Source: Balanoglossus misakiensis
Taxonomy: Eukaryota; Animalia; Hemichordata
DNA length: 64,000 nucleotides
Assembly (NCBI GenBank): GCA_040954595.2
Contig: CM082576.2
Location: 13,705,129 to 13,769,128, forward strand
Direction of reading: 5' to 3'
How positions within the stretch are numbered: the first letter of the stretch is position 1; the number at the start of each line of letters is the position of its first letter. Below are positions 26,176 to 36,700 of this stretch, one piece after another. The translations under genes and the position numbers were made by a program. Under the pieces are notes generated by a model. The model did no database searches. It was given only the letters and a program-made list of their open reading frames with translations, and had not been told where the DNA came from.

Positions 26176-29100
26176 GTGTGTTGGTTTCTTTATTTGAAGA
26201 CGGTTTTCTGATTATTTATTGACATATAATATGTTTCGCTGTGGTTTTCACGGCAAAATCCCTTGTACACTTGTAACCTAGGAAACTCGTCGACCAAATT
26301 ATCCAGTGTACTTGTCAGTCAAACGGGCAAGGTGTACTCTGATTTGTGTGTCACATTGTTTGCGGTTACCTGCAGTGCACTTAAATTAAACGCGGGAAAT
26401 TGTCGGAGATTTTAACTACCCTTCAATTTAACGATTGAAGAGTCTCCACAGAGTAGTTGGACGGTAAAAGAGGGGAGAACGTAAAACGATCACATCGCCT
26501 CCTAAATTATGGCGCCAATCAACCGAATGAGGAGTAAATAGGAATTGCCATCAATCATTTCAACATTTGAACTGTAAGTAAACGTCGGAATGCACCGGTA
26601 ATAACCGGAAACACGTCACACCTTGTGCACTTTCAAAGATGTCGGTGGAAAGTGTTCCTATTAGCTTTTTACTGTTCTCTGAAATTACACGATAATTATT
26701 GGTACCAACTGAACGTAATATTAAGAGACGTATATTTCAGGAAGACGTATATTTCAGGAAGACCTGGCAATGTATCCAACAAACGTTGACAGTATAAATA
26801 TAATACTTGTAAACGTAATACAACTTAAGTAAGTAAACTTCTGGCGTAAACTAAAGGCGTTGGTTTATTTTTTGAAAACTGAAACCCGTGAAACTATTTG
26901 TTTCTTCCAAAACTTCTAACTATATTCCATTTATTCACGAGTCTAACCCTTTTCACATTTTGTTGTTTGTATTAAATTGGGTTTTTGATAAATGGTCACT
27001 GATTCGCTTGCCTTGAACAACAAAGCTGGTGGATCCTAGAAGGTAAATCGTTACTTGTACATTACCTGCGCTAGAAACACTGCCATAATTATGCCACCCA
27101 TGGTGCCCAGTCTGACGCTGAAATATTCCGTCATAGCTGATTTACATCCTCGTTTATAGATCGTCAAGGCAACGTTGAAATCGTAGTTGTAGTGTTGGTT
27201 GTTATCGGTGATGTGGTGGTGAATGCACGGTCTCTGAACCCGAGGGTCGCAGCAACTGAAGGGAACATCGTCGCTCAGGTAATGTCCGTTCTCCATTTTC
27301 CTACACGTGAGAGAGCAAAGGCTCAGTTACCAGCATTACCAGGAAATCACGCACACTCAATAAATACATGTATCCTGCACCACGGCATGGTGCGGCTACT
27401 ACAGTCAACACGGGGGCACGAGATGCGACAACTTGGAAGGGTATACTACATGTTGTAATGCCACATTTGACCGAAAGGAGACGTTGATAAATTATGTAGA
27501 ATCTGAACGATTTTTTAAAAATAAACACTGAATAATCCCTTTCATCTAAAGCAATTCATACAATTTAAATTTTTGTTTGTCTAGGAATTGCACGATTTGC
27601 AAGGTTTGGTCGTAAGGCTGAAAATGATCGATTCTGTAGTCACGGACAGATTGAATCGTCAAACGAGACGGGTAATTAGATAAATGACGTCACGACCGGC
27701 TACACGCAATTTTCTTCAATTGCAGCGATAATGGGCTGCATCGTGCAACCGACGTCACTAGTAAATCACAGACGTTCTACATGTTTCGGGTCACATGACG
27801 CGTAATGGACAGAGATTCTTCAACGGGCTACTGAATATCATCGCGGTGTCCGCCCGCAAATCTGTAATGATCGCATGCATGTGAAAGGGGCGGTTTTGAA
27901 GTTATCTGCTTTCTTTACATTAAGAAAAAAGAACAGTACAGAGGAAAAGTCCTTAAAATACTAATAGCCAAAAATCAAAACAAGACAATGACATTTTGAA
28001 TACGTGTCATTGAAGTTCTCAAATTTGTGAAATCTTGAGGGAGGTTTGTGAATATGCGTGTAATTTCGACTGAAATACAGAAGATAAGCTTAGGCCTACG
28101 TATACGTCGACACTGTACTTTATCTACAAAATGACGCTGTAAAATGATGGATTCAGTCGGTTGCGGGCGCTGAATGGTCCCATCCCGCTGTCTCGATCAC
28201 GTCAGCATGTTTCGTGCCAATCGGCTGAAAATCATGTGTAAGGGTATGCTCCGTCTTTACTTACTGGAACGTATATGCTGTTCTCTCGTGCGACAAGAGA
28301 GGCGATGACAACAGAAAAGAGGACAGCAAAAGCATAGTAAAGACGGAGCCTCTATTGCTGATTTTGTGTTAGGCTAGTTGAGTTAAAATATCCTATTTAC
28401 GACTGCTGAGAGTTTTACGGGGAAACTCGTGCGTACGGGACATGAGTATTAATTTAGCGTCAGCTATTTCAATGATAAAACTAAATTGGTATGACGTAGG
28501 GTCGTAATCGAGACTCCGGCGAGACCTTCTTCACCACTATAAGTCTGGCGATATTATTTCGATAGAATAATTTGATTTTGAAATATTTAAGATATTGAAT
28601 ACGACGTACAATCATCGCGATTCGATTATCGCACTCACTTGTTCACGTCATCGTTCTTCAAATTGATGTATTCATTGCCAATCCACTGAATGTCGAACCA
28701 ATCCCGGTAGTCGTTGTTTCCACAGCAACCGAAGTCCATCTGGAGTCCATCAATCTCTGTCTTGTACGTGCTGTTGTTCTTGTACCTCTCCATGGCCGAC
28801 TTGATTCCGTGGTGGAACGAATGGTGGAGATGGTTTCTATGCGAAAAACACATACTTCCCCCGGCGAGTATCAAGATAGCCAGGACCATGGTTACGGCGA
28901 TGTACGGCGGCAAGAAGCCCCGGAATTTGTCCCTGGTGAACGTCTTCCCGCAGCTGCGGCAAATTTTACCTCCCGCCAGAAACATGACGACGCAGAGAAC
29001 CCCGACGACGGCGAGCATCCACGGCAGCACGTTGGCGTTGTAGTTCTCGATCAACGCCATCTTCGACTCGATTCGGATCTTGAAGTAGACGCCCATGGCG

Positions 29101-29204
29101 GCGATGAAGACCCCGCACCCGGCCGACAACCAGTTGAAAATCCACAGAACAGTGCCAAGTTTCCCTCTGCCGTCCTCGCTTATTTCGATTGAAAGGAAAG
29201 GCAT
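19398..29204 (-). CDS. PRPH2: Peripherin-2/ROM1-like (RDS family) tetraspanin, about 350 aa, 3 exons: 28639-29204, 27066-27300, 19398-19649
   Basis: Motifs IDGLQMDFGCCGNNDYRDWFDIQWI, DVPFSCCDP..RPCI, YNYD, RGC and GVRYLQTS..GWLF match PRPH2/ROM1; GT-AG introns in phases 2 and 0 at positions equivalent to vertebrate PRPH2. The symbol denotes family-level orthology only. Confidence 0.9.
19876..19949. repeat. (ATC)n microsatellite, 5' flank of the LINE insertion (about 24 units)
   Basis: Direct reading. Confidence 0.97.
20158..21723 (+). CDS. Tx1 LINE ORF1 (RRM-like plus CCHC zinc knuckle nucleic-acid chaperone), 521 aa
   Basis: LSNVPPFIPNE, LKHVKSFRRQ, CFLCGAKGHIRKSC knuckle; low-complexity Ser/Asn-rich middle. 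Confidence 0.92.
   Translation: MAAHADSPFRRLTRKHAIRCTNVQDLPVESYVEEIAKEIGSENIIAASRMNRSVVVFLASLEHVESIVESRLSVKGEMVDVEHMVKPASKLILSNVPPFIPNEYLEEELWKLGRVVGNMRPIPLGCKNPALKHVKSFRRQIHVLLHNENINGLINVKYEDRLYPIYITIDEMRCFLCGAKGHIRKSCPLTREVVSTWQARTENSDNDITVGVNNSVNDLAQKRNDNEMQTEVNSDNDITVGVNKSVNDLAQKRNDNEMQTEGVNDVIMPEKINNNSSERADDKTMNITSVNMVEGADDVIAKEKTSSNGSTSGVTTEEKTNKDTETRPFNVGDIDEDRVLPPSSFPSTPSVLSSLSLPSSSDPSSSLSLDFPETPFSGVNFHKSRKESVPPDSQITVSTPFSTSNSFDILSQCSDSDADCISVTSELPDNISMTSDTSDISELSERREVQATNLIAFLEEIKGSKNMIEQCYEYCSDIRLLIKSFNKLRKTTLVDNKQKVRIQRLMAKLFTHVRTKGNTPK
20763..20940 (+). repeat. 90-bp (30-aa) in-frame tandem duplication in ORF1
   Basis: NSDNDITVGVN(N/K)SVNDLAQKRNDNEMQTE(V/G) occurs twice. Confidence 0.93.
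21723..25649 (+). CDS. Tx1 LINE ORF2: APE endonuclease + reverse transcriptase + C-terminal zinc finger, 1308 aa
   Basis: APE motifs TWNING, LQETH, NVYAPN, GGDFN, SRID, SDH; RT motifs KTPGIDGLP, NWRPVSLL, DQEKAFDRV, GIRQGCSLS, AYADD, LGIYL; CVFC..DDLLHIFLEC; no stops or frameshifts. Confidence 0.95.
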   Translation: MVSMDFLLIISCLLMINISTATWNINGGHDSLKRYDVLSTLKLINRSDFYFLQETHSTPNDEAQWQIVWRAPIYFSHGSSNSAGVAIMLSQNKKVDIISSQSVVHGHLLHLRVKIDDNYVNLINVYAPNNGGDRFSFFKKLEKLLSEISVDDTVIIGGDFNCTLKPQLDRTSTVEPHLKSSRLLASIMHKSKLSDAWRYFHNNARNYTWQRGDNKSRIDTFYVNNWLTSKITSAAIDSSVNVSDHSIVSINISVKNSRSKNPVWYLNSSLLNEEDYCTLIRQFWEKWQKEKFRFKSLQSWWDIGKHKIKELSKQYSHERTNNYKRMKQDIVNEIEQIERIIDKQPNLNARYQQQKELLDNLIKTETRGAAIRSRHQLLNEADANTHFFYSLEKHRGVRKNITQLRLHDQTLTENQAEIRNMVRDFYQKLYTPDPTSYNDQETILKDLPQLNPENVELCDDTISFEELTNALKYVSTNKTPGIDGLPVEFYKTFWSSLGRDLHEMLNASIKEGFLPTSCRRAVISLIPKPGDNTLLKNWRPVSLLCSDYKIFTKALSIRLRGVLHNVIHLDQSYTIPGRQIFDNIHLIRDCINYHNEFNLPLGILSVDQEKAFDRVHHNYLLRALKAFGFGETFIKYIDLLYTNTESVIRVNSALTGPVQFQRGIRQGCSLSGQLYAICIEPLLHKIRSETNILGITIPKSNDRKCKLSAYADDISFLITKNSDFSKMRQWLCSYENASNAHINYGKSEGLWVGRWRGRTDHPLGIKWNSRGLKILGIYLGNTDEFFQQNWDDCVRKINNKLSWWSRFVKAMSYRGRVIVINHLAATKLFHRLVCLSPPPDIISYIQNTFLDFFWQGRHWLPAHLLYARIESGGQNLVCLPVRINAFRLQRLQRFLHSSLDHPSFSFLDYYFKTVHALDYGAQLLAIEIPSIPGTLPLFYRDLLKTWNSIKRLRKDHPTAICDILNEPLFYNDLVQLSVGHETTIVQNLVDAGITKVADLINIDRKMWHTADYFKDKVQFHSMRIFIRTLQTIHSSLPINWIKEIRKFFKGISDTRSNEYSYLFELVYSKPDVLLNCPLYKSEKGEIYKFLINVSMCNNLPNRQDTVWRDVLSLPDSIKPDFKLCYTRLIPKSHGDLQWRILHGAYATGTFMFSCNYAPTPNCVFCQTKDDLLHIFLECIRLNPLFKIIRTLCQRILGTVCKIPYWWFILGPVCNKDVTKHTSPLLMFLFVTAKLSIHITRHIALTEGISNQSFSLVDLFKVRVRSRLINEFTYYRNCSKTDVFINMWCINNALASVHEGNLNIATILS
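25845..25992 (+). repeat. Degenerate ~25-bp minisatellite in the LINE 3' UTR (consensus about tacatctctgccgtcaaccctgcag, 5-6 copies)
   Basis: Repeated (g)ccgtcaaccct / tcaaccctg cores spaced about 25 bp apart. Confidence 0.8.
26138..26175. repeat. (TCA)n microsatellite, 3' flank of the LINE insertion (about 12 units)
   Basis: Direct reading. Confidence 0.97.
28248..28349. mobile_element. Small MITE-like remnant with 14-bp perfect terminal inverted repeats
   Basis: gctccgtctttact (28248-28261) ... agtaaagacggagc (28336-28349) in intron 1 of the peripherin-like gene. Confidence 0.5.
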
Positions 29205-32094
29205 TTTTTTTCACAGTAGAAGAAACTTTAGAAGTTTCTGGTGCGATGTGGCACACCTGCGCTGCAGGGGTTGTGCGTCTTCCATGCAGAACGCTGTTCC
29301 ATCTCTCTTCTGGTTCTCGAACGTGAAACGCGTCATCAAGAATAGAACAGGGCACATGAGCGCTATCGCTTCATCAGATACGACAGGAATGGACAGATCC
29401 TGCCATTCGCTGTGACTTTTCTTATCGTGGACATATTATTCTAAACACATATACGTACGTGGATGTAAGACTATTTTCAGACGATATCAGAATCAGTGAA
29501 CAGCCCTCGGTGTGTAAGTTTACGACAGGTGAATATCGACTTGAATTCAGAAGATTCCTATATAGCAGACGCGACGTCAGGACCAGATGTGGGACCATGA
29601 TTACGCGGAGAAAAGCCCACTTCAGCTCTCTGTAAAGTCAATGATGGGTAATGCTGCCTCACTGAACAGACACGTCGTCAAGGTAACCGAACCAAGAGAC
29701 GAAGACAATAAACTACAGGGTGTACAGTCCAATTGGATGGAGGATGAAGGTAACAAATTCGGCGGTACCATACAGGTTACTGTACGTGACGTGTCGGCAC
29801 CAGCGACGAGAAATAATTCGGGGTCCAAGACGCATGGGGGAACCATGGTGACAACGATTTCTGGGACCGGAAATGACGAAGAGCTGCTTCAGCACCAAAA
29901 TCTCGGTAGAGTGGAATGATTCTCGGGGACTTGAACCGCTGGCCACTGCATTTTGTTGGACTGGCGTCTGAGACGCGGTGAAAGAACGAAAATAGGATCT
30001 ATGATATTCTTTGGATAAATTTGCTCTTTTTAATGACGATTTTAATTTCTATATAAATAAAATCAATTAAGGATTTATACAATCAGAAACAAACTTTCCT
30101 TCTATGTCATGCCCGGCCCTTTATACATGTACTGACCAAAAATCTCTCAAATGTAGTCTACGGTTTAACGGTTTTCATGGTCGTATTGGTGTTTAATCGA
30201 CAGGACACACTACATGTAATAATGTCCCGTTCTCTGAAACTCATTCAAGATCATCATCGCTGTCAAAGTGACCACACATCATGTGTCATTATAATGATCA
30301 CATCTTCTGTATTTTTTCAGTGATTGTCTATTCTTATTTGAATTAAGTACTTTAGCCACGGCAACGTATTAAAATTTAGCCTAGAAACTATGGAATTGGC
30401 GCACAAGAAAAACAGTGGTAGAATCAATATTACATTATAAAATGTAAGAGTTGTAAGGGTCGACTACGTCAACATGGAACCGCCAACAAGGATTGAAATA
30501 ACACTGCGATTGTAGAAATTAGCGGGGTTTTTTTTGCAAACGTACCACTGAGGGCGCTATGAGGCTCTCTGGTTGAACATCTCACGTTCAGTGCACACAA
30601 GCTGACTTTTATCTGATACACCAAACTACATTGTAGCTATGTCATTCAATGAACACACACACACACACAATCTGAATGCATAGTAATAGTTCAAGACAAA
30701 ACAGCTTTGTCAGTGCCCAGGGTCAGTGTTGTTGTAGGGTATTTGTACTGCACGAAGAATGGGGTAATAAATAAATGCTTTCCGAAATTAGAGACGGGTC
30801 TGCGGTTATGCATAATTTAATACCACTGTACAAACTGGAAGACTTGTTACAGTATTATAACTTACTAAGGTACTATACTACAATGTACATTTGCTTGTAT
30901 GTAGGTTGGTATTCCCTGTTAACTCAACTAAGGTCTACAACACCTGTAACAGTAATGTAATGAAATTTGATTAATTACAAATTGATTCATTAAAAAAATT
31001 ATTCACACATATACATGCCTGTTACTTACATCATTAAAATGCTCAAATGTTAGAAGAATCTGTATGGCAAATTTACAAAAATCTAAAGTAGTACAAAAAC
31101 CATATACACTTCTTAAAATATTAATGTTCTTCTTTCAAACAGAATATAGCTGTCAAACCTTTCAAGTAAAACTAAAAGTGACGTATCCAGAATATTTATT
31201 TAACAAAGACATGTGCGTAAAGAGAACACTTGTGTATCTGTAATGAAGCTCATTTAATGTTTGCTTTCAATTAAATGTATTACTTTGGAAACTCAAATAA
31301 TCTTGAAATTCACACACAAAAATTCAATTCAATTAATCACACATTTTGAAGGTTGGTAGTCATGGACATCGCCATCTTGGAATGCAGCATGAGTAATAAC
31401 ATTTTATGCGATTGGCTACTGACATGCCACATACAACCGTTACCGTATAGTGGTGCTTATAAATCGTCGCTGTATACCGGGTAGATCTGTTCTCCCAAGA
31501 TCTGATTTCAGGGAGCATCTTGTTGCACAGACAAGAGACCTTGGGAAGCAGAACATGTATTCAAAGAATGTCCGGTTACAAAGTGATGTCTTCTCATACA
31601 TACATGACTGTATATTCTAAAAATCAAAACTGAAATCGGAAATGGAATAAGCTGATTGATTGAATGATTGATTGATTGTGAAATGGGGCTTCCGTTTCAA
31701 ATGCAAAAGACTAACATGTATGTACTATACACTATAGTTACAATGAGCCCACTGCCTGATTAAACTATGAAACAGTAAACAGTAGTCTAGCATGACGGTC
31801 AAATGTGGCATATCTCCATTATCTGGTTATATCTGCTTTATTTGTATAAACTCAAACATCTCCTTTGTACTATTACCAGTGCTAATGTTTTGCTGTACAG
31901 TTAGTAAATGCAGAGAGACTCAATGGTTTGCCAACCACAAGTAGATGGACATGTACCGGTAACACCCACAACTTATTGAATTTAAATTACTTGAAATTAT
32001 GGAAACGTCCCCTATTATCTATTCCACGTGTACGAATAAATCTCATTTTCTAATTAAATGCCACCGCATTCCTTCACGCAGTTATCCTCTGGAA

Positions 32095-33141
32095 TTAATC
32101 CCACTCCTTCACGCGCTTGTCTTCGGGAATTACACTCCAATTGGGAGAACGTTTGTCACTTGCTAGCCAATTAAAATCATCAACATCGTTCCAGTTATTT
32201 CTACTCCTATCCAATCCCGTCGCCGCGAAGTCACCCTCGATGCCATCATACGCCCAGTTGTACGGCGCAAATCCGACCCCGTCTGTATCTTCGATGATGG
32301 CCCGGCTTGTGACATGCAAATAGAACTGGGTGTTTCTGGTGGTGTGCACACGAAGTTGCTGACAGGACAAGACCAGTACTGAATCCACGCAGCTTGTGGC
32401 AAAAACCGATCCGGGGACGGGACCGCAGAAGATGCGGCAGTCCTTCAAGTCGTTGACATGCAAGGCACTCGGGGCACCGTTTATCTTCACCACACAGCCA
32501 GTCAGGCGGAACAAGCCCACGTCCTTGTTGTTCACCAAGCTGGCGTCCAAACACACCGTCTCAGACGTCTTGTCTGAGACGCTGCATTCCATCTTAGCCG
32601 TGTCTGATATGACTTGTGCGACGTCTGACGGTTTCTTGACCGCGTCGATTTCGACTGGTCCCTTCGCCACCCCACCGTCCTTCTTCCGTGTCTTGAATGC
32701 AAACTTCTTTTTGGGAAGAAGTTGGTCTCTCTTTTCAGAAGTCAAGATTTGTAGTCTCTCGACATTTTCTTGGGCGGTTTTTATCTCATAAGAGGTTAAA
32801 AACCTAGTGGCGTCATTTACGTACTTCTGTAAATTCTGAAGGGTCATGGTGATTTTGTCGAAATGACGGATTAGCGTTGAATTCTCTGTATCCTTACCGC
32901 ACATTCCCATCAGTTCCAGTTTCAACTCGACCTTGAGTTTTTCTTGTTGGAACATAGTAGTGAAATAATCAACGCTTTCTTCTTCTTGAGATGCTTTCTC
33001 GCGCTCAACCCGCTTCCTTTCAATTTCAGCAAGTCTTTCGCCTTCCCTTTTCAGCAGCCGCTCGGTTATTTTCTCCCGTTTTTCGTCCATATCAGTCATG
33101 TTACGGTCTCCACCGGCATTGACGCTTCCTTCGGTCGCCAT
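32095..33141 (-). CDS. TBCC: Tubulin-specific chaperone C (cofactor C), intronless, 348 aa
   Basis: N-terminal helical bundle (..LQKYVNDATRFLTSYEIK..LLPKKKFAFK) and C-CAP/TBCC domain (GPVPGSVF..CQQLRVH..FYLHVTSRAIIED..FAPYNW..NNWNDVDDFNWLA..SPNW). Start assigned to aaaATGGCG at 33141 rather than the ORF-track start. Confidence 0.95.
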   Translation of the reverse strand: MATEGSVNAGGDRNMTDMDEKREKITERLLKREGERLAEIERKRVEREKASQEEESVDYFTTMFQQEKLKVELKLELMGMCGKDTENSTLIRHFDKITMTLQNLQKYVNDATRFLTSYEIKTAQENVERLQILTSEKRDQLLPKKKFAFKTRKKDGGVAKGPVEIDAVKKPSDVAQVISDTAKMECSVSDKTSETVCLDASLVNNKDVGLFRLTGCVVKINGAPSALHVNDLKDCRIFCGPVPGSVFATSCVDSVLVLSCQQLRVHTTRNTQFYLHVTSRAIIEDTDGVGFAPYNWAYDGIEGDFAATGLDRSRNNWNDVDDFNWLASDKRSPNWSVIPEDKRVKEWD

Positions 33142-33521
33142 TTTTGTAAATGCATGAAATGTCCGCGAAGTGCATGCGCGTTGACCTTTCAGGTCACTAA
33201 GGTCAAATTTAGAGCACTCGTCATTCACAGACTAGACACACGGGGACCGCCCACACGGTAAAATTTGTATGCATATCACAATCGCAATCTCGCCGAAGTT
33301 GTCTGGGACAGTTTGATGGCATGCACCGCCTTCTTGTGCACGCAAGCTTCCTGCAAGAATAGACCCTGGAGCGAACCGCGACAAGATAGGGACACAGGTT
33401 TCCATGGTAACCCGTAAACTGGGAATCAGATGCATGCAGCGGAAGTAGAGTTGGTTGACACACGTGCACTGCCACTGGCGTTGAAGAGGTGTAAACACAG
33501 CCTATGCACACCCATCCTTTC
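33142..33521. promoter_or_regulatory. Bidirectional (head-to-head) promoter between TBCC and the arylsulfatase, including a likely non-coding arylsulfatase exon ending at donor 33521|GTAAGT
   Basis: CpG-rich; X-box GTTTCCATGGTAAC 33398-33411; ETS-like CGGAAGT near 33440; NRF1-like TGCATGCGC near 33171; YY1-like CGCCATTTT over the TBCC start. Confidence 0.6.
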
Positions 33522-33791
33522 GTAAGTTTAACAAGTCTCTATAAAATCCACATTCACTCACAGGCGCTTGTATAGATGCTATTTCAGTTTTTTATTAATT
33601 GTAAAGACGGTAAAAACGATCCGGCTGACATGCTAGGCATGCTGGGAATGGGATTCTATAAAAGGGACGAGAAGAAGAATCTGTACTTGATACATAGAGC
33701 AAAATAACTGGAAAAAATAACCCAAAGTTACAGATACTGGCCCTTTAACTACAAATTATTAATTTATTTTACAGGTGATTGGGGGTATAAC

Positions 33792-36700
33792 ATGTTTGGA
33801 TATTCTCTGAGTGAAACGTATACCCTTCTGATCATATGGATCTTCTGCTGTATCCCAGTAACCCAGTTGCTACGGCAGCCGCTGGACAAACCCAACATCA
33901 TCGTGATGTTTGCTGATGACTTTGGGTATGGCGATCTGTCGTGTTATGGACATCCAAGCCAAGAGTTTGGAGCACTTGATCAGATGGCTGTGGAGGGAAT
34001 GCGATTTACCAACTGGTACAGTGCTAGCTCGTTATGTACACCAAGCAGGGCAGCTTTACTGACAGGTAATGATAAATCTGCCAGCCGAGGTTATCATTTG
34101 CCCCAATGCAGAAAGGCTTTTTGTTGAAAGTCCCATTGCCTTGCGGTAAACCAATCATGACCCCAGTCATTTCACCTGTGTACAATACGGTTCAATACAT
34201 CAAAGTTTATTTTGTCATCTCTGCAGATTTCAAAGTACAGTAAAACCTGTCTAAACCGAAAACCAAAGGGACTGAAGAAATTGTTTGGTTTGCAGAGGTG
34301 TCCTGTTTATAGACTGAGATTATTTTAACATGTGGTATGTCAAATTGTGGGTTATCTGTGTAAGTTATTGCATCGATCTTTTATGCAAATACATGTAACC
34401 CTTTCTGTTCTATGCACCCATAGGGAGGTTACCTGTAAGAACCGGTGTGTATGCCAAGGGTATCCCCGACCGGGTATTTGAACCATTTTCGAGCGGTGGC
34501 CTACCCAGAGAAGAAATTACAATAGCTGAAGCTTTAAAGGAACTGGGATACGCAACTGGGATGGTTGGAAAATGGCATCTTGGTAAGTCCTTGGGTTATA
34601 CGTATGCTATTCAACCCCCCCCCCCCCCACTTTGACTGCAGTTATGATTTTTATTGTTCATTGTTTGGCCTTGTCAATGATTTCATAGCCATTTATGTCC
34701 TTATACTGCTTGCTATAAATTTAAAATTTAAAGTCAGCGTGATCAATAAGCTTATCTGTGTCTCATATATTTTACCAAAGCTGATTTTGTCACCTCATGA
34801 TTTATTTTGTTCAAGTTGGTTCAGTTTAAAAAGAGACACTTTCCATTTTTTTCTCAAAAAAATACTGTATTAAGTAGTTGATTCCCATCATCCAAGATCG
34901 GTCTTATTTCCAGTTCCTTTCCCTCGGCCAATACAGTGTTTTCAGCAGGGGCGGTTATACAGAGTGTATTTGAAAATATTGATATATAGTCATGCCAGAA
35001 CATGCACATTCAGTATTGTGACAGGAAAGAATATAGTGTGGGGTACATATAGTGTTGATGATTTCTAAAATAAAATTTTGAAATATATTTTCATTCGACA
35101 GGCATAAATGCATATCATTTCCAAGATGGCTACCATCTACCAACTCACCATGGATTTGATTATGTGGGTACAATCTTGCCATTCACCAATCATTGGGACT
35201 GTGATAATGAAAAGGTATTTAGTGCTGGGTACTACAAGTATGTCATCTCCTAAATTAACAACATCATGGATGGGATGAACAATTTATAATATTATTTTGG
35301 ATATTCCCAATCCCTGCTAGGAACTGTTGGCAATGTACGTTGATAAGATGTATTATTAATAAACTTAGTTTAGATGGACCAATCTAAGTTTGAAAGAAAT
35401 ACGAAAATAATGCAAAAAAATGGCAGCTCATGGGGCTTTATGTGATCCCTTAACACTTGCCAACACTATGCATGCAACAACACATTCTGTTACTAATGAA
35501 AAACCACGATAGATCATGACATTATTTGACAGATCCACTGATGATTTCATTCCAGCTCCACAGAGATTCCGCGCTTCGGTGGTACTGTTTCCTCTACTAC
35601 AACGACACCATCACACAGCAGCCGATTGATCACCACAACTTGACGGAAGCGCTCGTGTTCGACGCCAAGTCCTTCATCTACAACAGCGCAGAGGGGCCGT
35701 TTTTCCTCTATTTGTCGTTCGCTCACACCCACACCAATCTTTTTGCCGGTCCCAAATTCCGGGAATCATCAAGGAGAGGTCAGTCTGATGAATACTGTAA
35801 CAAAACGGGAAGTTTTGGCTAACAAATGTTCGCGAACTTCACGAGAGCCAAAGAAACGCGAAAATAAAAAGTCATGTAATAATGTTTTCGGAGATATCAA
35901 TGCAGTTAGTGAAATATGAGAATGTGAAAATTAATTGTCGTGTAGCAGTTGCCTCTTTTTATATCGCGAAAATTTCCTGTCGCAAAAAAATTCCTGTTTT
36001 ACATAAGTATGTAAGAATTGCCAGACAATTCGGTCAAAGTACTATTCATGCTCACTACTGACAGATTTCGGGGAATCAAGGAAAAGTAGCTCAAAACATC
36101 TGACTGACATTGAACTTTACATAGCAATGCTATAACCTCTTGCTATATATGTGCTTATTTCTCCCAGGTCACTATGGAGACGATGTAAATGAGATGGCCT
36201 GGGCCGTTGGCGAAATCTTAGACCTACTGAAGCTCACAGGGTTGTCTTCCAACACACTGGTGCTGTTTATTTCTGACAATGGACCTCATTTAGAAAAATG
36301 TCAAGAAGGGGGCTCAAGTGGAATTTTGAAAGGTAATTTTTATACCAAATCAAAAGAAGTGATTCCATATTTCAATGTTTATCTTCAACCTGAAGAACCG
36401 TAATTACTTTGTGCAGAATATTGAGAAAGAAAAGAAAATTATTTTTTTGTGCTTGAAGCAGACTGCAATTTACAAAAACATTTTCAACTTATCAGGAATA
36501 TTTTGCAGTAAAATAGGGCATCATGGTGGCATCTGTGTTGGAAAGTTTTTTATTTTTTTATATTAAAGAAATGTACATGTACATGTATTGATAACTTTAC
36601 AGTTTTCTTGCCTTTTTGGGGGGATGGTGACCAGATAGTCCCAGCTGCTACCACGGTTATTCGATCACATGCCTCAAGGACTCTTTCACTTTGTTGCAGG

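Noticed and set aside
26727-26763. 17-bp tandem duplication gacgtatatttcaggaa
   Set aside because: Ordinary local slippage duplication; no evidence of function.
30544-30559. CTCF-like motif ACCACTGAGGGCGCTA between TBCC and the peripherin-like gene
   Set aside because: The 5' half deviates from consensus; a single weak match.
33142-33228. N-terminal extension of TBCC in the ORF track (377 aa)
   Set aside because: It begins at a non-ATG codon; the ATG at 33141 has good context and gives the expected length of about 348 aa.
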